Shown: positions 15,459-22,608, numbered from the stretch's first letter. The stretch: DNA of 32,000 nucleotides from Ferrimonas kyonanensis DSM 18153 (GCF_000425405.1 NZ_AUDJ01000029.1:14000-45999); one strand, 5' to 3'. Translations and numbers: made by a program. Notes: generated from the sequence alone by a model not told the origin.

Positions 15459-15874
15459 TAGTTCCTAAGTCCATCTTGGTGCCGATCCAGGCGATCCCGG
15501 TTAATGATCGAAGAGTGTATAAATATAGTCTACTGCCTACTCCTGGTTGATTACAACAATAAAGACGCATTTACTGCTCTAATGTTTGGAGGGGGAGGGA
15601 CCTAAAAATTGGTACTCCTGTGTGAAATCTGGAACAGGGTAGGGCGCAAACCTCTAAAAGATTCGCGTAGCGCAACGTTGTTTTGACTGTTTTTGCTGGG
15701 TGGCCACCGCTGTAACCGTTGGTATGACTGGGTTTTGAGGGTGATTTAGTGCCGAAATCAACCCAAACGAACGACGCGGTATCTGCCGCATTTTTAACCG
15801 GCCTGGTACGTCCGGTCCCGGCGAGATGAAAAAGCTCCCTAATGGGGGTGGCTCGGCGAGGCGGCACTCCTTCC

Positions 15875-16201
15875 TCAGCGGCAACACGAGCCGGCGTGGT
15901 TCTTTATCTCAACCAATACGGTGCCATCTTCAGGGATAGGCATGCTCCAGCAGGTAACGCGCAAGGGCTCCAGGAAGTCCTTAACGTCCACTTGCACATG
16001 CACATCAGGTAGCTCAGAGGTTGGGTGATCCAGGTCGTCCGCATCCACCAAAGTCGCCTCTCTCGATGTCAGGCTGTTGGCCGCATGCAACACCTCGATC
16101 AGCCAGCGCACATCTGTGACTGGTGGAAGGTCCGGGGGCAGCTCAAGCACCTGAAGGCTGTTCTTCCAGAACGGACCAGTTATCACTAAGTGATCTCGCA
16201 T
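15875..16201 (-). CDS. Hypothetical protein (108 aa from ATG 16201; the ORF stays open up to GTG 16237)
   Basis: ggaga lies 5 nt upstream of ATG 16201. The gene is GC-rich and co-oriented with the next gene. Confidence 0.5.
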   Translation of the reverse strand: MRDHLVITGPFWKNSLQVLELPPDLPPVTDVRWLIEVLHAANSLTSREATLVDADDLDHPTSELPDVHVQVDVKDFLEPLRVTCWSMPIPEDGTVLVEIKNHAGSCCR

Positions 16202-16277
16202 GGGCGTCTCCATCGATGAGTCGGTGAAGCTGACCACCAGGTAGTGACCAGCACTTAGTCGAGCCTGCTGCTCCAGT

Positions 16278-16694
16278 TTATGCGGTCCTCTTTCCCAGGA
16301 GCCGCTCTACATAGTTGGCGGGGAACCCATAGGTGGCGTCGGGGTCGCCCACCTTCTTCGCTAGATAGGGGCGCTTTCGTGCTCGGCGATTGAAGCCGGC
16401 AAGCACAAAACGTTCACCCCCGGATTCAAAGGGAACGCTCAGGTCGAGGCCGTTCAAGGGGTGGGACGGGATTGCGGTCAATGCTTTCAGGGCGGTCATT
16501 TCCGGTGTGACTGCGGTACCAGATGCATTCAGCAAGCACAGTTCGACGGGCATCCGGGCGTCGGTTCTGGAGTATCGGATTCTGCCGAGCTGCAGGCTGA
16601 TCCCCAGCTTCTGCGCCAGTGTGTCAAGCTGGGGCTGAAGTTCGGCACGTAGCTGTTCCAGGAGTTCGGTGGTGACTTGGGTCGGTAGGGTCAT
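16278..16694 (-). CDS. Hypothetical protein (138 aa)
   Basis: A strong SD, aaggagag, lies upstream of ATG 16694. Confidence 0.65.
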   Translation of the reverse strand: MTLPTQVTTELLEQLRAELQPQLDTLAQKLGISLQLGRIRYSRTDARMPVELCLLNASGTAVTPEMTALKALTAIPSHPLNGLDLSVPFESGGERFVLAGFNRRARKRPYLAKKVGDPDATYGFPANYVERLLGKRTA

Positions 16695-16802
16695 GATGGT
16701 GCTCTCCTTGCTTTAGATTCAGACAGAGCATCTCACTTGGTGGTGATCGCGCTACTGCGACGGCTATGCGTATGGCCTATTGCTGCCTTACTCAGTCAAT
16801 AA

Positions 16803-16817
16803 TTATGACAACGCCCA
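16803..16817 (-). promoter_or_regulatory. Ter-like site, copy 1 (TGGGCGTTGTCATAA on the minus strand)
   Basis: It is 14/15 identical to the inverted copy at 16948-16962. It contains the GTTGT core and the upstream G that correspond to the E. coli Ter core and G6. Confidence 0.45.
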
Positions 16818-16947
16818 GCTTTCAAGATCGCCTCATGGCACTCCGAATCACACCATGATGACCACTGACAGGCTCCCTCTGCCACAAAAACCGCCTTCCA
16901 GCACCACTGAGGTTCGCTACGGAGTGCAATTAGGGATTATTCCCTAT

Positions 16948-16962
16948 TGGACGTTGTCATAA
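16948..16962 (+). promoter_or_regulatory. Ter-like site, copy 2 (TGGACGTTGTCATAA)
   Basis: This is the inverted partner of copy 1, with a 130-bp spacer, and sits 76 bp upstream of the tus-like start. It matches 12/16 positions of the E. coli consensus AGNATGTTGTAAYKAA as I recall it. Confidence 0.45.
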
Positions 16963-17037
16963 AACTTGTGACAGCGGCAGCGAATTTACTATGATATTGA
17001 TATGATGAACGACCCCTGAGCACCTGTTACGTTAGCC

Positions 17038-17925
17038 ATGGACATTCGTAATCAACTGAAACAGACCTACCGCGACATCGAGGTCAGCCAGCGCCGGCTG
17101 GACTCGGCACTCGATGCCTGCCTGTATGTGCAGGCCAAAGCTTACGAGTTGCCGGCAATCGCCGAGGACGACAGCTTCAAGGCCATCAGCACGCTCGAGC
17201 CGAGTCTAATTGAAGGGTTCACTGCCGAGGCCAAGATCCGTCGTGCCTGGGCCCGCTATTACGTGGACAGCGGCAGCTCCACCCTCTGCTCGGTGAAGAT
17301 GCCTGGGGTCGTTCAATACCAGGCGGCGCCAGGTGAGCTGCAGCGGATCTTTGAGCTGGTAGATGACCTAAATAAGCGCAAGCGGAGGTTTGAAGAGATC
17401 TCCCAGCTGATCGACGATGAGTACGAGCGCCATGCCGCCATCCACGAGCTGTTCCCGCGGCTGCACAACAGGCAGCTGTGCCGGCAGCTGCATTGCGTCG
17501 GCGGCGATTTGGTACCAGACAGCATCGGCTTTAGCTTCAGCAATAAAGTGGTGGCGCACCAGGTGAGCGTTGACGCTACCCTCACCCGCCTGGAACAGAC
17601 GCTCGGCCATTCACTGCTGGCCGCCGCTGACGCCCAACTTGCACGCGCTCGAAGAGACAAGATCCTAGATCTGCAGCAGCAGTACGGCGATGATCTGGTC
17701 CTGGTACACCGCCGCTTCGGTAAGGTGCAGCCGATCTATAACCTGCGCTACGATCGCCAAGTTAGGCAGAAACCGGCCTCGATGCCGCTGCTCCTGCTGA
17801 CCACCACAACAGGCCCGGTGAAACTCAACAACCTGGCCAGCTACAGCATGCGAGTACCGGAGCTTACCGGTGGGGAGTTCCTGGATCCGACCAGTCCTAT
17901 ATATTGGCGAGCCGGCACAGATTAG
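17038..17925 (+). CDS. tus: DNA replication terminus site-binding protein (Tus) homologue
   Basis: Block-wise similarity runs along the whole length against E. coli Tus as I recall it. The blocks are VKMPGVVQYQ vs VRLPGVLCYQ, IHELFPRL vs VHRHLPGL, GFSFSNKVV vs RFGWANKHI, LTRLEQTL vs LAQLEKSL, and FGKVQPIYNLRY vs VKVQPIARVWY. The size is similar: 295 vs 309 aa. Confidence 0.7.
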   Translation: MDIRNQLKQTYRDIEVSQRRLDSALDACLYVQAKAYELPAIAEDDSFKAISTLEPSLIEGFTAEAKIRRAWARYYVDSGSSTLCSVKMPGVVQYQAAPGELQRIFELVDDLNKRKRRFEEISQLIDDEYERHAAIHELFPRLHNRQLCRQLHCVGGDLVPDSIGFSFSNKVVAHQVSVDATLTRLEQTLGHSLLAAADAQLARARRDKILDLQQQYGDDLVLVHRRFGKVQPIYNLRYDRQVRQKPASMPLLLLTTTTGPVKLNNLASYSMRVPELTGGEFLDPTSPIYWRAGTD

Positions 17926-18449
17926 CGCGCATGATCACTGCTGGTACCGGTGAACCTTCACGCCTTCACTCTAAACGACCATTGCCCCGCCAGCGCATCA
18001 TTCAAGCCAACCCACGTACAGATCCACTTCACCGCGGTGGAGAACCTGGTGATGGAAACTCACATCCTTCCCTTCAATAACCTATTGCCCGGGGCCGATG
18101 GCACGGACCCGCGTGAAGCTGCACTTCTCAAGGATTGAACTGCGTGCTGCACCTGCCATGCTGGAGCAGATGCCTCGTAGTCGCAAGGTCGCGCCCACGC
18201 GGCTCCTACGAACAACGCTTACTGAGGCGCATTCATAGCTGTCTTGATCCAGGTGCAGTTGCCACATTACTTATTACCTCTTGTGAGTAGAACATTAGGG
18301 TTCTACTCCACCGTACGGCGCTTTTGGAAAATGGGATAGTTTGCCGGGTTTTTAGAGAAACTGCGCTTCGGGGCTCCGGTGCAACTTGACTCCAAGGCCT
18401 AATGTGCGATGTTGACAAAGAACCACATTCAAGGAGATAGGAGATTAAA

Positions 18450-18755
18450 ATGGATTTTATTCGTCCTGCGGTACTGGCCCTGTTCATTGCGGCCTGCAGC
18501 CCTACCCCCACCATTCCTGCGCAAGTTGGTCATACAGCGACACTACCGTTCCACATGGTCTTTGAGTCCACCGACGACGGGCGCTACTCGCCACGAATCC
18601 CGGTGAAGTTCTTCGACTCCAGGGTTGCGGCCGGCGCAGCGAAGATCCCCGCCGGCGACTGGACTGTAAATGGCGAATCGATGATCCAACCGAGAGCGCA
18701 GTACACGCTGGTACTTCGGGAGAGCGGATTTTTCGAGATCACTGACATCGAGTGA
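18450..18755 (+). CDS. Small lipoprotein (101 aa)
   Basis: The SD is aaggagataggag. The signal is MDFIRPAVLALFIAACS with the lipobox IAAC. Confidence 0.7.
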   Translation: MDFIRPAVLALFIAACSPTPTIPAQVGHTATLPFHMVFESTDDGRYSPRIPVKFFDSRVAAGAAKIPAGDWTVNGESMIQPRAQYTLVLRESGFFEITDIE

Positions 18756-18846
18756 CACCTAGGCAAACTCATCACCCGGGCACCAAGCAACAGGGCAACA
18801 GCACACCAGGTGCGGCAGATCCTGGCAGGCGCCAAAGGAGACACAA

Positions 18847-19074
18847 ATGGGAACTGACAGACAGTACGCCCCAGGGGAAACGCCGGAAAGACGGGCCCTG
18901 TACGAAGCGGTCATTCAAGAGCTCAAAGCCAAGGGCACCTTCTCCTCGGCCGTGGAGTATGGCTGCGTAGGGGAGTGGATTGATGCTGTGTTTGAAAAGG
19001 ATATGTCCTTTAAGTGCCCGGACGAGCAAAATCACTGGGCCAAGCTGAGGTTCAACGGCGTGGAGCGGTGCTGA
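18847..19074 (+). CDS. Hypothetical protein (75 aa)
   Basis: The SD aaggaga lies 6 nt upstream of the start. Confidence 0.6.
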   Translation: MGTDRQYAPGETPERRALYEAVIQELKAKGTFSSAVEYGCVGEWIDAVFEKDMSFKCPDEQNHWAKLRFNGVERC

Positions 19075-19242
19075 CGCCGTTTGAACTGAACTCACGCACG
19101 ATAAGAAGCTGCCCTCCTGGATGTCATGATAAAAATTCAATATGGTCAATGTCCTACGCGGCATGGAGCCAATCGTTCATTTACCAGGGCGGAAGCAAAA
19201 CGTTATACCTAATGTAGGGATCAGTCACAAAAGGAGTTGTGC

Positions 19243-19488
19243 ATGATGGGGGATCAGAAGCAAACTGCGGAATATCTCAAGGGTATTCGGTTAAGAGCAA
19301 GGATTTCGCCAACGGAAATGGCGGAGAAGATTGGCGTTAGCCGCCGCCAGATTTACTACATCGAAGAGGGCGATGGTCAGATTACCGTCCCTCAAATGCA
19401 GCAATGGATCCATGCCTGCAAGCCATCAATGGCCAGCGTCATCAAGAACCTGTTCCCGCAGTTTCAAGCCAACCTCCATCGCTACTAG
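19243..19488 (+). CDS. Small XRE-type HTH protein, paralogue 1
   Basis: The SD is aaggag, followed by ATGATG. The HTH is MAEKIGVSRRQIYYIEEG. It is paralogous to the 21434-21697 gene. Confidence 0.75.
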   Translation: MMGDQKQTAEYLKGIRLRARISPTEMAEKIGVSRRQIYYIEEGDGQITVPQMQQWIHACKPSMASVIKNLFPQFQANLHRY

Positions 19489-19524
19489 ATCCATGCCGGC
19501 CACCTTTGCCGTCCGTTCTTTGCC

Positions 19525-19540
19525 GACCCCTCCTGGGGTC
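19525..19540. terminator. Hairpin between convergent genes (gacccc-tcct-ggggtc)
   Basis: A perfect 6-bp G/C stem between stop 19488 (+) and stop 19557 (-). There is no strong T-run. Confidence 0.4.
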
Positions 19541-19556
19541 GCTTGTATGCGAACCA

Positions 19557-20817
19557 CTATCGCACCGAAGGGATTTCTTCCCACCGGGTCAAGCTGCGCG
19601 GTGAATGCCGAGCACCATTGTCAGCAGAACGGTCACCCAGCTTTTGGGCTGCTATCTGCAGGCTATGGGTGCCGTACTTTGACTGAATGGCCTTGATGCC
19701 TGCCATCAGCTTGTCTGCCCCCTTACGCACCGGTGCATCAAACAAGCCCAGTTGACACTCATCGCGGTTACAAGGGTCAAGAGCGCCCACGGTGACCCGC
19801 CCAATAGGCACTCCGGGCCGGTAAGCCAACTCCACCGCCTTAGCCGCGGCGGTAGCCAGCTCCCTAATGTCGTCCGTTGGGTAAGCGAGCCGTAGCCGTT
19901 GACTGTGCCCCCAACGCACAGATCGGTCGAATGGGCTAGAGGAAAGCTGCAGTAGGTACTCACTGGCCACCAGGTCATGATCCCTGAGCTTTTTCGCCAC
20001 GGTAGACACCCTCTCCATCACTCCCGGCATCAAGGTCACCAGGGCAACCGGCTTCTCCTTCAATGAGCGAGAGCTCATGATTTGCTGGCGATTACTGACG
20101 TCCATGTCCGCCACCCGCATGCACTCCTTACCGTTCAACTCCAGATGCGTGCGTTCCAGGGTGACGCCGTGTAATCGCCTCAGGCTGAGCCGATCGTACT
20201 GAGCCAGGTCCCACGCAGTCCGAATACCTGCTGCCTCCAGCCTAGGCGCCAACCTCCGTCCCACACCCCAGACGTCGCCGACGCTGATGGTGGCCAGCAA
20301 CAGCCTGTCTGGGCGCTCCAGGATACATAGACCACGGTAGTCAGGGTGAGACTTGGCCAGCTCACTGGCCGCTTTGGCCAAGGTGATTGTGGGGGCGGCA
20401 CTGAATTTACAGCCCAGCCGCAGCTCGGTCCAGATCTGCTTCCGCACCGAGCGCCCCTCACCGATGAGGTCACCACGACTTGGCAGCTTGATCAGGCTTT
20501 CGTCCACAGAATACGGGGTAGCACAGGCGCCGTATCTCTGATTCAGAAGGTCATGAAAACGGTGGCTCATCTCGCTAAAGAGCTCGAAGGTTGAGCTTCT
20601 GCGGATCAGAGCATCGCGTTGGTGCTTGGGCAGCGCATCGGTTTGCTGCCAGAGCGGAACGAACTTTTTTAAGGCCCATGGCCTTCGCCTCAGGCGAAAT
20701 GGCCACCACAACGCCGTCATTGGAGCTGGTGACAATGACAGGTCTACCCCGCGTCGCAGGCTCCAGGCTTTGGATCATCGACGCATAGGCACTGGTCAGG
20801 TCGATTAGAGCCCACAT
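19557..20817 (-). pseudogene. umuC: umuC (Y-family DNA polymerase V catalytic subunit) interrupted by a frameshift in an A6 homopolymer
   Basis: The N-terminal MWALIDLTSAYASMIQ...PVIVTSSNDGVVVAISPEAKAMGLKK (frame of ORF 20575-20853) matches UmuC MFALCDVNAFYAS...PVVVLSNNDGCVIARNAEAKALGVK. The remainder, FVPLWQQ...SVDESLIKL...VWGVGRR, is in the frame of ORF 19557-20735. The switch occurs at TTTTTT 20665-20670 on the plus strand. The total span of 1261 nt equals 420 codons plus 1. Confidence 0.85.
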
Positions 20818-21194
20818 GAGGACGGGGACAGTTCGGGGATGGGGTGCCAGCATCGAATGGATCGGATGACGACCCCCTCAATGGCAAAGGCGGCTGGGCC
20901 ACATAGAGCCAGCCGCTCGGTTGCAGTGGCCAACTGGCCCGCTTCCACATCGAGAAAGCCTATTCGAAACTCGCCATCCACAGCACAAACGACCAGGTCA
21001 CCCGTTTTGGCTTCACGGCCGCGCTCCACGATCAGCAGATCGCCTTGATGGATGCCAACGGTTGAGAATTCATTGGTATCACAGCGCATGAACAGGCTAG
21101 CCGCCGGCTTATCAATCAGTAGGGAGTCAAGGCTGAGGACACCAACCTGCATGTCTTCGGCCTGGCTTGGCCAGCCCTGGATTGGATAACTCAT
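20805..21194 (-). CDS. umuD: UmuD-like protein lacking the N-terminal arm and the Ser/Lys catalytic dyad (UmuD'-like)
   Basis: IQGWPSQAED vs UmuD VQCGFPSPAAD, GDLLIV is identical, and AVDGEF is identical. Its 3' end overlaps the umuC start by 13 nt. I chose the start at ATG 21194 because the LexA box lies inside the longer listed ORF. Confidence 0.75.
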   Translation of the reverse strand: MSYPIQGWPSQAEDMQVGVLSLDSLLIDKPAASLFMRCDTNEFSTVGIHQGDLLIVERGREAKTGDLVVCAVDGEFRIGFLDVEAGQLATATERLALCGPAAFAIEGVVIRSIRCWHPIPELSPSSCGL

Positions 21195-21209
21195 GATCGA
21201 TCGACACCA

Positions 21210-21225
21210 CTGTTTATTTATACAG
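21210..21225 (-). promoter_or_regulatory. LexA (SOS) box CTGTTTATTTATACAG
   Basis: A perfect CTGT-N8-ACAG with an AT-rich spacer, 16 bp upstream of the umuD-like start. On the coding strand it embeds a TATAAA -10-like hexamer. Confidence 0.85.
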
Positions 21226-21333
21226 TGGCAGTGTAGCGCCGTCCCCAGCCTTTGTCGATTACCCAAGTACGTTATAGCCAGCTTTCATCGTGCATGGACC
21301 TGCACAGATGCTCATTCGATCCGTTACTGTGCC

Positions 21334-21351
21334 GTGATAGTTGTAACGCAC
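21334..21351 (+). promoter_or_regulatory. Candidate E. coli-type Ter core (gtgataGTTGTAACgcac)
   Basis: An exact GTTGTAAC octamer at 21340-21347, with a G at the position equivalent to G6. It matches 12/16 of the recalled consensus. Confidence 0.25.
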
Positions 21352-21433
21352 GGGTGAATGGGAGCCGTTTACTCTGTATAAAAATCCGGCTAACATTAAA
21401 TTTGCTACTGTAGTTACAAGGAGTGAAATACTC

Positions 21434-21697
21434 ATGGATGAGCCATTTAAGCCAAAGGGTGCAGATAGCAAGCAACTCAAACAAGCCCGGCAGGAAGCCA
21501 ATATGTCAGCGCAATGCATGGCCGATACGCTTGGCGTCTCAAGGAGAAAAGTCCACTACATCGAGTCTGGCCGATCGGATCTGACGATCAAGGAAGCTCA
21601 GACCTGGCTACATGCAACACGGGCTCCAGTCTTGGACTTTCTTCTGTCGCATTTTCCCGCGCTCCACCTGGAGCTTAAAAAACACCTCAAGTCATAA
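21434..21697 (+). CDS. Small XRE-type HTH protein, paralogue 2
   Basis: The SD is aaggag. MADTLGVSRRKVHYIESGRSDLTIKEAQTWLHA parallels MAEKIGVSRRQIYYIEEGDGQITVPQMQQWIHA in paralogue 1. Confidence 0.75.
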   Translation: MDEPFKPKGADSKQLKQARQEANMSAQCMADTLGVSRRKVHYIESGRSDLTIKEAQTWLHATRAPVLDFLLSHFPALHLELKKHLKS

Positions 21698-21709
21698 AGG
21701 AGTTACAAC

Positions 21710-21943
21710 ATGGACGTTACTTCAGTTAATAACACGCCTGCACGCAACACCGCGACCTCAGCCAACAAGGCCGAGGAGACACCCCCAGCCAAAGAGCCGG
21801 CGACCGCAACTCCGGCCACTGACACCGTTGAGCTGGGCTCCGGAGAAGCCGCGGTAAGCAGTGGGGTGAAGTCCCCCACAGATACCTACGCATCCATTCA
21901 GGCCGGTGGCGCCGGCGGCGGCGGCAAACCGCCTAAGAAATAA
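21710..21943 (+). CDS. Small low-complexity (T/P/A/G-rich) protein (77 aa)
   Basis: A strong SD, aaggag, lies 8 nt upstream. The composition looks disordered and ends in GGAGGGGKPPKK. Confidence 0.5.
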   Translation: MDVTSVNNTPARNTATSANKAEETPPAKEPATATPATDTVELGSGEAAVSSGVKSPTDTYASIQAGGAGGGGKPPKK

Positions 21944-21951
21944 GCCACAGA

Positions 21952-22581
21952 ATGATATTTTCTATCCCAAGGAGGCTTCTCCTCGTCACAACGCCGGTGC
22001 TTGCACTGGCGTTGATTGGCTTGCTGTTTCCACCCCTCCTCGCATCACTGTTCGACTCCATCTTTATCGTGGTCGACATCCTGGTGCTGCTGTTGATTGC
22101 CGTGTTTGGGCCAAGAAACCATAACGTCTATGGGTTCCTGCTGACCTTTGCCCTATGGCGAACCCTCTGTGTTCTTATGGTGCCAGGGCTTTACGAAGCC
22201 GGGCTGATGACTTTTTTATTTGGCTGTATTGTCTTAAATACACTGGCCATTTATGCGATTAAATACCGCTTCACTTTAACTTATTGGGCAGTGAGACTAA
22301 CTAAGCCAGCAGTTCGCCTAAGTGGTGAATGCAATAAGGCGTTACAGGCATATCGATTACTACCCCAGGAATGGGCACTGCTGTGGCTACTACGCATTGA
22401 TATTGTTTATAATACCATCGTGATTTCCGAAACCGCTCTTGAAAAAATGAATTTGATTTCCGCAGATCCATTTTATCAAGCCTTGGATACTTTTGGTTTT
22501 ATAAACTTTGTATTGGGGTTACTTGTGACTGCTTCGTTTGTTTTTGATAGAAAACATCGGGAAAACCTGTTCAAAGCCTGA
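21952..22581 (+). CDS. Polytopic inner-membrane protein (209 aa), function unknown
   Basis: It has several long hydrophobic segments, for example LLLVTTPVLALALIGLLFPPLLASLF, IVVDILVLLLIAVF and FINFVLGLLVTASFVF. It starts 8 nt after the preceding stop. Confidence 0.6.
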   Translation: MIFSIPRRLLLVTTPVLALALIGLLFPPLLASLFDSIFIVVDILVLLLIAVFGPRNHNVYGFLLTFALWRTLCVLMVPGLYEAGLMTFLFGCIVLNTLAIYAIKYRFTLTYWAVRLTKPAVRLSGECNKALQAYRLLPQEWALLWLLRIDIVYNTIVISETALEKMNLISADPFYQALDTFGFINFVLGLLVTASFVFDRKHRENLFKA

Positions 22582-22608
22582 ATGCTAGTGCAAAAAAAAG
22601 TCCCAAAA

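Noticed and set aside
15541-15560. A Ter-like sequence on the minus strand (ttattGTTGTAATcaa).
   Set aside because: The core has T instead of the conserved C, and the G6-equivalent is missing. The match is weaker than the other candidates.
15571-15887. Two overlapping minus-strand ORFs (98 aa and 77 aa) next to the recombinase.
   Set aside because: They exclude each other, are Arg/Pro/Thr-rich and have no SD. I treated the region as non-coding (see finding).
15459-15900. A tRNA or tmRNA gene as the integration target next to the recombinase.
   Set aside because: I looked for a T-arm/acceptor pattern (GGTTCGAATCC-like followed by CCA-proximal stems) and found none. This cannot be fully excluded without a covariance-model scan.
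17950-18138. A 62-aa GTG-initiated ORF downstream of tus.
   Set aside because: It has no SD and no supporting features. It is probably non-coding 3' sequence.
21195-21266. An upstream extension of the umuD-like ORF (the listed 153-aa version).
   Set aside because: The extension would contain the LexA box and bears no resemblance to the UmuD N-terminal arm. The internal ATG at 21194 fits better.
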